NCBI RefSeq assembly: GCF_009914755.1
Contig: NC_060939.1
Direction: 5' to 3' (one strand)
Source: the human T2T-CHM13v2.0 reference genome, Homo sapiens
DNA length: 64,000 bases
Shown: positions 23,689 to 45,402 of the stretch, in pieces
How positions within the stretch are numbered: the stretch's first letter is position 1
Layout of the letters: every line of letters begins with the position of its first letter
The notes under the pieces: model-generated
What the model saw: only the letters and a program-made list of their open reading frames with translations
Databases searched by the model: none
What the model was told of the DNA's origin: nothing
Made by a program: the position numbers and the translations under genes

Positions 23689-24546
23689 TTTTTTTTTAAG
23701 ACAGGGTCTCACTCTCTTGCCCAGGCTGGAGTGCAGTGGCTCAATCTTGGCTCACTACAGCCTCAACCTCCCCAGGCTCAGGTGATCCTCCCACCTCAGT
23801 CTCCCTGGTAGCTGGGACAACAGGCATGTGCCATCACGCCAGGTTAATTTTTTTTACTTTTTGTAGAGACGGAGTTTTGCCATGTCACCCAGGCTAAAAA
23901 TATCTGGATATTTGATATCATGTAGAAATTGACTGATTTTTCTTTCACTTTTTGTCCAGATATCAAATGGAGACAGATTGAAGTTCACCTCTCATGTCAC
24001 TGATTTTAATACACTTAAATAATTGTGTCCTTTGTTAATATTTTCTATTGAGCAGAGTCCATTTCAATAAGAAAGGCTCTCCTTTTTGGCACTGGCTTTT
24101 TTCCTTGATCACAAAACTATTATATGCTTAATATGAAAAAAAGGAAAAACATTGAAAGCTACTAAGAAAAAAAAGTAATCCTATCATCAAAAGTAAATAC
24201 TGCTCACATTTTTTAGATGTTTTTCCTTTTGCATATAGGTGTTCAAGGAACTGGGTTAATACTGTGCATACAGTTTTGTGTCTTTGTTTTTTTCAATTAA
24301 CATTTTATTGTAAGCATTTCTACATATCATCACAGATTCCTTAAAAATGTTTATTGTGTCATGACAATATTCCAAAGTATGGATATACTATAATTTATCC
24401 TTCTATTATAGGAAATTTAGCTTATTTTCTTTCTTTTTTTTTTACTATTATACTTAACCCTGTGAAGAACATTCTTATATATAATTCTTTGCTTCCATCT
24501 TTGATTATGCCCCTAGGATATATTCTAAGGAGTGGAACTACAGGAC

Positions 24547-26010
24547 TGTGTAGGTTATTTTTCACTCCTGCCCCCACCCCTACCGCAATCTCTGTCTTTC
24601 TTCATTCCAAAGAATTGCATCTCCAGCATTCCTTGCCCCTTGGCTTCCTTGGGATTTATTCAGGGGTGGCACCAGCCGGAGATCACGTATGCTAGAAGAG
24701 AGAGAAGTCAGGGTATTTCCTCCTTACTCTCTTCCTGCTTTGAGCCAGCTAGCTGCTTACCCCTCCCCACCCCCAACCTAGTCTCCTTTCTTGGGGTTGG
24801 ATCCCTCCTCCACCATTCCCTGCTCTTACTGGATTCTGTAAGATTATTTCCTCCCTCTGTTCCTTTATCCCTAGGATAAGGAAATGTTGCTTCCCACTGT
24901 TGCTTTTCTCTTGGTGCCTTAACATCCCTGTTTACCCCTTAGCCCAGCCTACCTGTCTGTAAGTAGTTCTTTTATTAAAGTCTCTTCATTGCCAGGCACA
25001 ATGCTCACACCTGTAATCCCAGCACTTTGGGAGACCAAGACAGGCGGATCACTTGAGGTCAGGAGTTTGAGACCAGCCTGGCCAACATGGTGAAACCCCC
25101 TTTCTGCTAAAAATACAAAAATTATCCTGGGGGTGGTGGTGGGTGCCTGTAAACCCAGCTACTCAGGAAGCTGAGGCAGGAGAATCGCTTGAACCCGGGA
25201 GGCAGAAGTTGCAGTGAGCCTAGGTTGTGCCACTGCACTCCAGCCTGGGTAATGGAGTGAGAGCCTGTCCCCCCACAAAAAAAAAAAAAAAAAAAGAGTC
25301 TCTTCATTTGAACCATCCTGACTCAAATCGTTTTCCTTTTTCTTTTTTTTTTTTCTTTTGACAGGCTCACTGCAACCTCTGTGTCCTGGGTTTAAGTGAT
25401 CCTTCCACCTCAGCCTCCTGAGTAGCTGAGACTACAGGTGTGTGCCACCATGCCTGGCTAATTTTTGTATTTTTAGTAGAGATGGGTTTTTACCATGTGA
25501 TATAGTTAGGCTTTGTGTCCCTACCCAAATCTCATCTTGAATTGTAATCCCCATAATCCCCATGTGTCAAGGGAGAGACCAGGTGGAGGTTAATTGAATC
25601 ATGGGGGCAGTTTCCCACCTGCTATTCTCGTGATAGTGAGTTCTCACAAGATCTGATGGTTTTATAAGGGGCTCTTCCCCCATCACTCAGCACTTCTCCT
25701 TCTGCCGCCACATGAAGAAGGTGCCTTGCTTATCCTTTGCCTTATGCCATGATTGTAAGTTTCCTGAGGCCTCCCCAGCCATGCTGAACTGTGAGTCAAT
25801 TAAACCTCTTTCCTTTATAAATTACCCAGTCTTGGGCAGTTCTTTATAGCAGTATGAAAACAGACTAATACACCATGTTGCTCAGGCTGGTCCTGAACTC
25901 CTGGGCTCAAGCAATTCGCTCATCTTGGCCTCCCAGAGTGCTGGGATTGTAGGCATGAGCCACTGCTCCTGGCTGAAATCCTTTTTCTTTTGGGATCCTG
26001 ACAGACACAG
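24547..26010 (+). mobile_element. Old ERVL-type LTR (LTR33/LTR16-like) split by two Alus and a THE1-type LTR
   Basis: tgtaagtagttctttattaaagtctcttcatt|Alu|tgaaccatc...cctgacagacaca. Confidence 0.55.
25498..25872 (+). mobile_element. THE1-type (THE1D-like) MaLR solo LTR nested in an antisense Alu
   Basis: tgatatagttaggctttgtgtccc...cagactaataca; 5-bp TSD ccatg at 25493-97 and 25873-77; Alu sequence is continuous across it. Confidence 0.92.
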
Positions 26011-27719
26011 CATTAAAGAGTACTTTTGAAATACATTTTAAAATACATTCTTGATAGATACTGTCAAATTGTATTGCAGAAAGGTCATATCAGTTTACAC
26101 TCCCATTAGTAGAGTATGAAAGCCTGATGAGATGGGCTCTTGAGGTTGCAATAAACTTTTGAAGGCACTCAGTTTCCTGTTTGTTATCTAGTGCCTTCCG
26201 CTCTGATGTCACTCATATACAGAAGGTTCGGCATGGGCCATCTAAAGAAAAGTCATTCATGACACAGGTGAAAATATTGAGATAAGTAGTATTATATTAT
26301 TTACAAACCTGAAATTCTAAGTGCAAGAAGAGACCCTGGATTGTGTTGTGAAAACAAGTCTTTTTGATTGATGTATAGGGAAGAACACATTCTGGCTGGG
26401 CATACAAATAGTGTGGTGTGGCTAGGGAATGTCAGCTCACATGCAGGTTACAGCATAAACATTAACCTAGGAAACCAATGGGGATGCAGTGCTGTTACCC
26501 TTAAGGTCTTAGTACTCATGTTGTGGAAGAATTCCTACTTCATCTTCCTAGTCCTGACTTTAAGAGAACAGTTTTTAGGTACATGGATTATGAGAAGCAG
26601 AAAGAATCCACAAAGACATCTTTGTGGACATTCCCTGCTTCTACTCAAATGAGAGGTAACCACTGGCATTTTAATCAGTGATTGCTAGGACGGGGCTGAG
26701 ATTTTAGCTAAGTGATTCCCATGTTTATCCTATAGCTGACTGGTAACACAGGTAGAAACATTGTGCTTTTCCATTTTCTTACAAAATAACGAGACACCTA
26801 GTGGGCACAACATGAAAATACCGTCATGGGAGTTGGTGAATTCAGTCAATACCCAGGTGAATGATATTTAGTAACTGCTCCAATGTTTAATTCTACAAAA
26901 GTAGTTTGGGCCAGGCATGGAGGCTCATGCCTGTAATTCCAGCACTTTAGGAGGCTTAGGCTGGTGGATTGCCTGAGCTCAGGAATTCAAGGCCAGCCTA
27001 GGCAACATGACGAAACCCTGTCTCTATAAAAAATGCAAAAATGTGTTGGGCGTGGTGACTTGCGCCTGTAGTCCCAACTACCTGGGAGGCTGAGGTGGGA
27101 GGATCACCTGAGCCTGGGGAAGTTGAGGCTGCAGTGAGCCTAGATCACACCACTGCACTCCAGTCTGGGTGACAAAGCGAGACCTAGTCCTCTTAGAGAA
27201 ATACCCAGGTCCAGAAATCAGACCAACCATTGACTCATACTGGATAATTAAAATATACTTATTGTCATATATTTTAAAGCACTCATAGTTTTCAAAGTTC
27301 TTTCAACACAAAGTTTCTTTCCATAACACTAAGAACATACAATAGTCTCCCCCACTGGGCTGTGGGCTCCCTTAGAAAAGGGGCCACACCAGTTTCCTCC
27401 CAGCACAAGCCTAGTGTGTAGTACATAAAGAATACATAAAGAATAGGGGCTTTGGTAGCCCCTATTTGGTAGTTTGATGACTGAACTACCCTAGCAAGTG
27501 GGATAATTTCTGTTTTTTTTCTAGGTGAGAAAACAAAAAATCAGGCCGGGCACAGTGGCTCATGCCTGTAATCTCAGCACTTTGGGAATCTGAGGTCGAT
27601 GGATCACTTGAGGCCGGAAGTTCGAGACCAGCCTGGCCAAGAGAGCGAAACCTCGTCTCTACTAAAAATATAAAAATTAGCCAGGCATGGTGATGCATGC
27701 CTGTAATGCTAGCTACTCA

Positions 27720-28001
<282 letters not shown>

Positions 28002-28386
28002 TTACCAGCATCCATCTTTATTCCATCACCAGGGACCCTTTTGGAAGGTCATAGTATCTAAGTCAGGAGTGATCAATCCACGAACCAAGTGAGGCCCCAG
28101 TGGGAGGCCTTCCTCAGAGGATCTTCCATGTTAGATCACCTGATATCATACTCTACTTTCATCTCATGATGGGGTTAATGCATTTCTATCCTCATAGATC
28201 ACATGCTCAATTAAGTATCTGGAGAGTAGATGGAGTAATAACATACTTATGTTACCAAGGTTCAGCCAAGGGACTTATAAATCCCAAGGCATCCCTGGCC
28301 AGACTTTGTCTTTGGAAAGTACATTATAAAGAGTTTTCATCACATAGCATGTAAAAGGGTCACAAATCCTGGGAGGTTACCTGGGC

Positions 28387-29875
<1,489 letters not shown>

Positions 29876-31689
29876 TCAGGTCCCACTCACAGTTAATGGA
29901 AGCTTCTATGACTAGATTTGTAGCACAAGCTGCTGTCTTTCTTATCTATAAGGAGTGGACATCTTGTTTTAGGGCCTTCCCAAATCATCTGTTCAATTCT
30001 TTCCAGGAGAGGGCTGCAATTAGCAGTATGGTTAACATTTAACTAATAATACTGACGTATGTTGGTTTAGCCCAGATGCTGGCAGCTTTTAATTCTCCAA
30101 ACTCCTGGCCTGAATACTGATCATGTTTCCTCAGGCTAAAAGCCAGCAAAAAGAATCACCTGGCCAAACATCCCCTTTCAGTCTGCTTTCCTTAGAATGG
30201 CCTCCCAGGGGAGCTCTCTGGGCAAACAAAGCTGTTGACCTAGTTTGAAGGCCTGGAAAATTATCATGTGAGTCACTGGGACAACAGAGCAAAGTGCCAG
30301 GCCCCTGAGAAACTGTAAGCACAGGTTTCCGATGTCATCTATGTCCTCATAGGCTGAGAGAGGAGTCCCATAGCGGCCTGCCACTTTTCACCCAGCTGCT
30401 CCTTCAAGTGGTTGCCAAGCTCCTTGGCCCTGTGCATGGTGCCGCAGGGGCCCATTCCTGTTTTCCTCCCAGCGGGCTCTGAAAACAGCAACTCAGAGAG
30501 TGACAGCTCAGTTGTAGGAAACCAAAACAAAACCGGATACTTAGCGGAAGTCCTGTGGTGTTGTTTGGAGCAAGGCCACAAGCCCTCTCTGGGAAGGAAG
30601 TGCTGAAGCAGCTACAAAAATTTCAAACTGAAGACCAGGAATCCAGAGGCAGTATTTTAAAATAATACTCACATGAGCGAGGCAGGGCCTTGCAAAAGAG
30701 CACCTACACATTACTTAAGGAGTGTTTTATAATGTTTTGAAGATGCTACTTCCTAAATTACACAAAGAGCTAGAGAAGTTAGCCAGAAAAGCAATGTGGG
30801 TAAAACTGTTGTTACATTTAGATGGGTTGGACAGTTTGTAGCCTAGATGTCAGAAAGAGTGCTGAAACCTCCATGGGTCCTCATATAACTTCCCTGGGCA
30901 TAAAGGACCCCTTAAGAAGGGTGAGTATCAAAGCAGAGGCTTCTAAATATTCAGGATAGCATGAAGACAGAAGGAGGACATATTGACAGGACTAGGTGAG
31001 GAGACAGTTCATTCATGGCTTTTTTTTTTTTTTTTTTTTTTGGTAACACTTGATTTTTTCAACACTTATACTAGGGTCTTCTTCATCAGGAGGATGTGGA
31101 TGTTTAACATATCATTAGGCCCGGGATCATTTAAATCCATGTTTGGTGAGTGCTTTAAGAGAGTGAGTGATTATTAAATTCCTTCCATTGTAGGAATGGC
31201 AAATGAAATCTCCTTAATGGTTTTAGAGAATAAGCTTTTGTGCCTGGAAGAACTAGAAGACAATTCGATCACCAAGTTTTGGTGTCTTTAGCCCCACTCC
31301 TCTCGTTCTCCTCACTTCACTTCTTTCCTTTTTCCTTTCTGCCTCTGTCTACTTCTGACAGAGCAGGTGAACAAACAGCAAATGTGCAGAAAGAGGGTGT
31401 TCACTTCCCACCCTGGTGCTGTTGCTGCAGACTGCTTTAGAGCTGCTGTCTCCTGGGCTCAGGCAAAGTGCCAGCATCAATCTTTGTCATCAAAATCCCC
31501 GTGTCTGCCCTGTGTGCTGGGTGCCCTTCAGAGCCAGCAGGCCAGTTCCAGGCATGCATTTAGGTAGAAGACTGAAGGAGGGACTAGAGAAAACATTCAG
31601 AATTAGACAATAAGGATGAAAGAGGGGCAGAATCAGGTAAAAGTAAATATTTCACCAGTCTGTGTCTTACTGATGCATACAGTAGTGTG

Positions 31690-32336
<647 letters not shown>

Positions 32337-32951
32337 TAGGACTACAGGTGAATGCCACCATGTCCGGCTAATTTTTGTATTTTTAGTACAGATGGGGTTT
32401 CACCATGTTGCTCAAGCTGGTCTCGAACTCCTGGGCTCAGGCAATGTGCCCGCCTCGGCCTCCCAAAGTGCTGGGATTATAGGTGTGAGCAACCTCACCC
32501 GGCCAAGACACTGGTGTTTTAAAAGATAACAGAGAAACATAGGAGACCAGAGATTAGTGTTGGAGTTCTGGGGTCAGATCCCAGCTCTTCTATATATATT
32601 TGTTATTAGCTTGTAAAGAAGACACTTAAGCTCTCTGTACTACTTTTCATACAACTGTAACTGGGGCTTAATAATGTTTACCTTATGGTATTGTTATGAT
32701 AGGTATGGTGGATGGAAGCTTGGATGGGAGGAAAGAGTCATTGACAAGTGTACTCTATCAACAAAACTGGCCGTAAGTATCTGGAAGAGGCAGAGGCCCA
32801 GGAGATGTGTACCTTTTCACAAACCCGGCAACCCTGGATTACCAATTGTGTTGCCAAATTGTTGCAGTTGCATTAAGATGTCACATTCATAGCTCTTTTT
32901 ACTTTTTCAATGTTTTCATTGGAATCTTTCACTTTTATTCTGAGAAACAGA

Positions 32952-33348
32952 TGTTAAAAGAAAAACTGTAGCCAAATTAAATTTAAAAGAGTTTAATTGA
33001 GCAAAGAACAATTTGTGAATCGGGCAGCCTCCTGAGCCAGAGTATGCTCAGAGACTCCAGCGCAGCCACATGGTGGAAGATTTATGGCCAGAAAAAGGAA
33101 AATGACAAACAGAAAAAAGAAGTGAGGAGGAGAAACAGCTGGATGGGTTACAGTTCGGTGTTTGCCTTATTTGAACACGTTTGAACAGTTGGCCATCCTT
33201 GACTGGCCAAAACTCAATGATTGACACAAAAGTAGACTACAGCCTGTATACAGCTCCATTTAGGTTATAGTTCATGATGTACAGAGAAACCTTTAGGCTG
33301 AACTTAAGATATGTAAGGAGGCAGCTTTATGCTAAACGTGATTTAACA
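32952..33348 (-). mobile_element. Solo ERV1 LTR, MER57-like
   Basis: tgttaaa...tttaaca inverted termini; reverse strand reads aaagctgcctccttacatatcttaagttcagcctaaaggtttctctgtacat. Confidence 0.8.
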
Positions 33349-33955
33349 CTGGTAAGGCAAAGGCTATCAGTTGGATTTTCCAGATGAGAACACAGGCCAG
33401 GCACAGTGGTTTACGCCTGTAATCCCAGCACTTTGGGAAGCCAAGGTGGGAGAATCACTTCAGGCCAGGAGTTTGAGACCAGCCTGGGGAGCATGGTAAA
33501 ACCCTGTCTCTACTAAAAATACAAAAATTAGCCAGGCATGGTGGCACACACCTGTAATCTCAGCTACTCGGGAGGCTCAGGCAGGAGAATAACTGGAACT
33601 CGGGAGGTGGAGGTTGCAGTGAGCCAAGGTCATGCCGCTGCACTCCAGCCTGGGCGACAGAGTAAGACTCCATCTCAGAAAAAAAAAAAAATTGCATAAC
33701 AAAACCTTCTCTCTGGAAGACAGCAACTGCAGTCTTTACCACCAGAGAATCTCATGTATGGCTTCCACATGGCTGTGAATAAATGATTTTGTCCTGCAAT
33801 CTCCTCCTTTGTCTGGCTGAGTTTATAAAGTGCTTGCTACTCAGGCATCAAGAGTATTTCAGCAGACATCTGCACATCCATTTGCTTATACTTTCATCCT
33901 ATAATTATTTAATTACCTTCTTTTAGTGCCTATAAATAAGAGCTCTGTCATCTGA

Positions 33956-34340
<385 letters not shown>

Positions 34341-35417
34341 TGAGGCATGCCAGCTTAAAAACAACAACAAAAACAAAGAGTAAGAAAAAAACCAAAATAA
34401 AACAAAACAGTCCTCCCCGCAATAACAACCAGCTTTATTGAGGTATAATTGTTATACAATAAATTGTCCTACTTAAAGGGTACAATTTGATGAGTTTTAA
34501 CATGAGCATATGCTGGTGAAACCACTGCAGTCAAGATAATGAACGTTTCTATCCCAGACAGCTTTTCCATTTCAGGGCAAACAGGGTGAGCACCTAGTTC
34601 AATACTATGTGGTAAAAGCTATACCCTCCTTTAAAAAATAATAGCACCGGCCCCTGCAGGGCCTTATTTATTTATTTATTTATTTATTTTGTAGAGATAA
34701 GGTCTCCCTATGTTGCCCAGGCTGGTCTCAAAACTCCTAGGCTCAAGTGATCTTCCTGCCTTGGCCTCCCAAAGTGCTGGGATTACTGGTGTGAGCCACC
34801 ACACCCGGCTAAGGGCCCTCTTTATTTCAGTGTCTGTTCTCATTGGAAAGAGAGCCCTCCATTTGATCTGTATGTGGCCTTTCCTCCTCTCGTCCAGTTA
34901 CAAGGCTTGTCATTCTGTTGAAGGCTAACTTCTGTGGTGCTTTGGTTCTTATCCTCTTCCAGCTTTCTAGAGATTCCTTTTTAGGGAGCAGTCTCTCTCT
35001 CTGCTGAATCATTCACTTATCTACTAGCTCCTTTTCAATAGTAAAAACAAATACAAACAAAGCAAACAAACAAAATTAGTACCTCTTTCTGCCTCCCCCT
35101 TCCTCCCTTTAGGCACCCCTTGCTGTACCTCATGCCTTCTTTTCTCGGCCAGACTTCCAGAAATAATTGTCCAAACTCACTCTCTCTCTCTCCACTTCCT
35201 CACTTCCCTCACTCTCTTAAAGCCACCCCCACCACCACCACCACACAGATACTATTCTTGACTAGGTCACTCACTACTTCCCTGTTGCTCAGTCCACTGG
35301 ACCCAACTCAGTCCTTATCATACTCAGACACTGTTGACCATTCTGTCCTTTAAAAAATAGCTTTGTTTTTACAAAAGCAATTGATGCTTTACAAAAAAAA
35401 AAAAAGGCAAACAATAA

Positions 35418-35845
<428 letters not shown>

Positions 35846-35957
35846 TGATCAGCCTGCCTCAGTCTCCCAAAGTGTTGGGATTACAGGCGTGAGCCACCGC
35901 ACCCAGCTGGGAAATTTTCATACTTGCTCTTTCATAGACATTATGGAAGCTTTGCAA

Positions 35958-36559
<602 letters not shown>

Positions 36560-38945
36560 GGACAAATTTTATATAAATAAGTACATACATACATGATCGG
36601 ATGCGGTGGCTCACACCTGTAATCCCAGCACTTTGGGAGGCCAACGCAGGTGGATCACCTGAGGTTGGGAGTTCGAGACTAGTCCGACCAATATGGTGAA
36701 ACCCCATCTCCACTAAAAATACAAAAATTAGCCGGATGTGGTGGTGCGTGCCTGTAATCCCAACTACTTGGGAGGCTGAGACAGGAGAACTGCTTGAACC
36801 GGGAGGCAGAGGTTGCAGTGAGCTGAGATTGCGCCACTGCACTCCAGCCTGGACCACAGAGCAAGATTTCATCTCAAAAAAAAAAAAAAGGAAGGAATGC
36901 CATCATCCCAAACCAGGTGTTCTGGGAATGGGGTTGGCAGATTAACAAACAAACAAACAAACAAACAAACGTACATACATATATAAACAGAGAAGGGCCT
37001 ATATTCAGTAACTCTTCAATTCTGGTCCTAAAAGTGGCTTTCAATCCTGCCCTAGAGATGACACAATCCTGGATCTACGTAACTAGCCCATGTTGGTCAC
37101 TTTGAGCAGGAAGCCAGTCAGGGCATGGCTTTCCTGATAGCTACCAGTCATGTTCCCCTCCTTAAAGCTTATCTTTAAGAGAATGACAGGAACGAAGCAC
37201 ACAGACATATGGGATCTTGGGAGGCTGACCAAGTCATTTTAAAGGCTTATGCATTTTTAGACACATACAGAAAAATGGGTTTCTCATGACCAGTGATTTT
37301 ACCCAACATAAGAAGGAAATAAAAGTCACCGCCAAAATCCCACCGCCCATAGCATCCATACCAATTTTGGTGAATATCCTTTAGACATCTTTATGCAGTA
37401 TATATACCTAGAGGTATATGAATATAGTTTCACATATGTGAGATGATAATTTATATATTATTCTGTAATTGCTACATTTACTGAGAATATGCAATGGGTA
37501 GATTTCCAAGTCAATAACCGTAGACTAACACCACGATTGTTAATGATCAACAGCTATTTGTAATATTTACAAACCATGATTTATGCAACCTTTCTCCTGT
37601 TGTTGGCCATTTCGGTTGTTTGCATTGTTTAATATTGTAAACTACACGTGAAAAACATCCTGTGTTCTGCTTTTGTGCAATTTTCTCCTCAGGGTAATTT
37701 CTAGAAGTGGACAAGTTCAATACAATGGTGTGTCCATTTTATGATACAGTTACCTGACTGTCTTCTGGAAATTTTACTCCTACCAACACTGGATTTAAGG
37801 ACATGTTTGCCCCACTGTCAACAACATTGAGTTTTATCGATTTCTGATTTTAGATATGGGTCTTGTAGTCTGATTCTGTTTTTGGACTAATTTAAATATA
37901 TTTCTTTCAATAACAGTTTATTTCATTCACATAATTTTAATTATTAGATGTGACTCTCATTCTGTCTTTCTGTTTTGTTTTCTATTGTTATGCTTGCTTG
38001 GCATATATTGTTTTCTGTCTTTCAGTAAAGTATATGTTCTTCAGATTTTTTTTTCTTCCGGTAATTTTGAGAGGATTTTATCTGCTTTAAAAAAGTTCTA
38101 GGCCAGGCGTGGTGGCTGTCGCCTGTAATCCCAGCACTTCGGGAGGCCAAGCTGGGTAGATCACTTTGAGGTCAGGAGTTCGAGACCAGCCTGGCCAACA
38201 TGGTGAAACCCCGTCTCTACTAAAAATACAAAAAATTAGCCGGGCATGGTGGCATGTGCCTGTAATCCCAGCTACTTGAGAGGCTGAGGCATAAGAATTG
38301 CTTGAACCCTGGGAGGCGGAGGTTGCAGTGAGCCAAGATCATGCCACTGTACTCCAGCCTGGGTGACAGAGTGAGACTGTGTCTCAAAACATAAAAAAAA
38401 AAGATTTTTTAAAGTTCTGTAAGTGGACATTTGTGCCTTTCATATATACTTAGTTTTGTTTTTCTCAAACAATGCAATATTTGCTCCATTCTAATAATAA
38501 CAATAGCTAACATTAACTGTATGTTTACTGTGTCCTCGTAACAACCCTATGAGGTGGATGAAAATATGTTTTCCTTCCTTCCTACAACTTGCTCATATCT
38601 CTAGGCTTGGGTCATCTAATCTGAGTGCTTCGTGTACTTCTCAACTTCCTTTGGCTGAGCGCAAGAAGATGAGGTGGGAGGATCCTGGAGCCCAGGAGTT
38701 TGAGTCCAGCCTGGGCATCAGAGTGAGACCTTGTCTCTAAAAAAAATAAAGAAAAATTCCTTTCTGCAGGGCATGATGGCTCATGCTTGTAATCCCAGCA
38801 GTCTGGGAGGCAGCACTCAGGAGGCAGCCATGAGAATCGCTTGAATCTGGGAAGCAGACGTTGCAGTGAGCCGAGATTGTGCCACTGCAGTCCAGCCTGG
38901 GCGACAGACCGAGACTCCTTCTCAAAAAAAAAATGCAAAAAATTA

Positions 38946-39182
<237 letters not shown>

Positions 39183-39370
39183 CTACTGAGCAGCCATGAT
39201 TATTTCTGTTTAGAATTATTCAATGTCCCTCCCTCACTTCCACCCCCATAATCAGTGACATCCCAAATACACTGTTTTTTAAATCAATCCAGGCTACTGT
39301 GCTACAGACTGCACTTTCACATGGATAATTCCATTCAGTCCTCATGGCAATCCTGTTAAAATGTCTCTAA

Positions 39371-39712
<342 letters not shown>

Positions 39713-40144
39713 TGACCAGGCTGGTCTTGACTCCTGACCTCAGGTGATCCACCTGGCTTGGCCTCCCAGAGTGCTGAGATTACAGGCGTGAGCCACCGCA
39801 CTCAGCCTACTTGTTTATTTAGTTATTTATTTGAGACAGGGTCTCACTCTGTTGCCCAGGCTGGAGTGCAATGGTACAGTCACAGTTCATTGCAGCCTCA
39901 ACCTCCCAGGCACAAGTGATCCTCCCACATCACCCTCTTAAATAGCTGGGACTACAGGGATGCACTACCACACCTGGCTAATTTTTTAATTTTCTGTAGA
40001 GCTCAGGTCTCCCTATGTTTCCCAGGCTGGTCTCAAACTCCTGGCCTCAAAGGATCCTCTTGCCTCATCCTCCCAAAGTGCTGGGATTACAGGCATGACC
40101 AACTGCATCTGGCCCACATTAAAAAAAGCAGGATAAAGCAATAA

Positions 40145-40525
<381 letters not shown>

Positions 40526-40855
40526 TAATTGGATGCTATTTAGCACTTGTCTCCTTGTTGAAAGAATTTATATTTATGAAATATTGCTTAAAGTAACTTT
40601 TTGCATCATAGGATGATTTTACAACTGTGTGCATCTGTCAGGATATTTTCTTCTCTTTTTTTTAATTTTAATTCCTAAGATATCATCAGCTAGTGATACT
40701 TTCTTTAAGCTATTAGCAGATTTGCCAATATGTTTACTAGCTCCTTTGCTCACAGTTGCACTCGGCTCCCACTTTTTTCTTCAGAGTTCAATTTCTTTCT
40801 TTCTGAACATATCCTTGAATAGCTCTTTCAGCAAGAATCTGTAAAAAGCAAACTC

Positions 40856-40985
40856 GGGCTAACTTTGGCAGCACATATACTAAAATTAGAACAATACAAA
40901 AGATTAGCGTAGAACAATACAAAAGATTAGCGTGGTCCCTGTGCAAGGATGACACACAAATTCATGATGCAAAAAATTCCCTTTT
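40856..40985 (+). pseudogene. RNU6 pseudogene: U6 snRNA retro-pseudogene with 23-bp internal duplication
   Basis: ggcagcacatatactaaaatt...gattagc.tgg.ccctg.gcaaggatgacac.caaattc matches U6; A-rich tail. Confidence 0.93.
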
Positions 40986-40998
40986 AAAAAATAAAATA

Positions 40999-41313
<315 letters not shown>

Positions 41314-42149
41314 AACTCAATTTTTTTTTTTTTTTTTTTTTTTTTCAGATAGGGTCTCACTTTGTCACACAGGGCACAGACTGGAGTGCAGTGTTGTGAG
41401 CACAGCTCACTGCAGCCTCCACCTTTTGGGCTTAAGCCATCCTCCTGCCTCAGCTCCCAAGTAGGTGAGATTACAAAAGCATGCTACCATGCCTGGCTGA
41501 TTTTTTGTATTTTTTTGTAGAGACAGGGTTTTGCCACATTGCCCAGGCTGGTCTCAAACTCCTGAGCTCAAATGACCCACCCACCTTGGCCTCCCAAAGT
41601 GCTTAATCTTTGTTATGTCTGGAAATGTCTTGAGTGAGAGTGTAAAAGTGTTTGATTCTGTTACTGTTCCTCAGCACTTGGGAGGTGATAGTCCATAGTC
41701 TGGCATCTACTGTTGCTCATGAGAAGTCTGCTATAAGTCTAGTAATAGTCACGCCTTTGTAAGATAAGCTTTATCATCTCTGGTAATTTTAAGATTTTTC
41801 TCTTTGACTTTGATGTTCTATAATTCTACTTCAATGTGTTTAGGTGAGATGTATTGTTATTTTCGTTGGCTAGGAGACTTCAGTTTGAAAAATCAAATAT
41901 TTAACATTTCACTCATTATTTCTCCAAATATTTCCTCTTCTTTATTTTCTTTATTTGTAACTTCTATTGGATATATGTGGGGTCTTCTCATTTTATTCTC
42001 TACATCTCTGTTTTTTTAAAAGTTTCCTTATCTTGTTACCTGTTTTGCTGCATTTTGGATGATTTTTTAAAATCCAGTTTCCAATTCATTAATTTCGCTT
42101 TAGCAATGTCTAATATACTATGTAATTTGTCTGTTAAGTGCTTTTCACA

Positions 42150-42495
<346 letters not shown>

Positions 42496-42856
42496 TGAAA
42501 TTGCTAATTGGTTCTTTGACCACATTGGTACTTTTAAATATAGTGCCCTGTTTATGCCCTAAGGTATCCATTCCTTAAACACTTTAGAGAAACTTCTTTA
42601 AAAATCTCTGTAGATTGTTCTATTATTTTTAGTTTTCAGGGTATATATTTTCTTGTCTGTTGTTTCTGCCTCTCCCTCTTATAGTCTCTCGGTGACATCT
42701 CCTTTTGTGATTTGTAATTTTTCACTTTGAGCATCTATGCAGCAGGATTGTTTCCGAATGAGTTATGTGTGCCATTTGAAGATGTTTCTAATAGGTCAGT
42801 TTCACAATTTGCTATTTCCAAGGCCCTGCAGATGTCCCTAACTATGGAAGAATTTT

Positions 42857-43336
<480 letters not shown>

Positions 43337-44099
43337 TGGAAGAATTTTTATGTGAAATTTTGAGCTCAAGATTTCTGCATCAGATGCAGAAAATTTTCGG
43401 GTGTGTGTGTGTGCATGCATGTGCATGTGTGAGTGTGCAGTGCCTGCCTAAGGACATGAATAAATTAGTTCTTTATTTCCTTTGGCATTACGTAGGCACA
43501 GAATTAGTAGAATGGTGTTCACGGTTTTAAAATCTGTCTCATTTTTCTCAAAGCTCTTTCAGCTCAGTTTTTCAATTTTGTTTCAAAGTAGTAAAAATTG
43601 AGCTCCTACTTTCATTCCTTTATGTCGTAAAAAGCAGGATTTGTTGTTTTAAATGAAATCAACAGTTCAATACTTGAGTACTTTTTCATGCTTTCTCTGT
43701 TAGCTGTTTCTGTTTTCTCCTCTGGGATGAAAGGCAGTGAGGCTTGAAGAATAGACTTGTTGTCTATAATTTAGACTTGATTGGAATGCACTGTGAATTA
43801 TCCTTATGAAAACATAATGATTCACTGCTTGTTGGGGAATTGGAAACTATTGATCTATGTTCTGCCTCAGGAGATACTGCTTCTCTTTGCAAAGGGTGCA
43901 TTATAGGGTTTAGTTTGGGTTTGCATTCTCTGTCAACAGGCAGACTATTGCCTACTTTTAAATCTAGGATGCAAAGAAGTCTTCGTTAGCTCTGGCAGGT
44001 GAAGTTTTGATATAGAACTATATATATTCCCACATCTTTCCCTCAAATGTTAGCCCATTAGACCAAACTTTCCAGAAAATGACAGATTTATTTGTTCAA

Positions 44100-45402
<1,303 letters not shown>

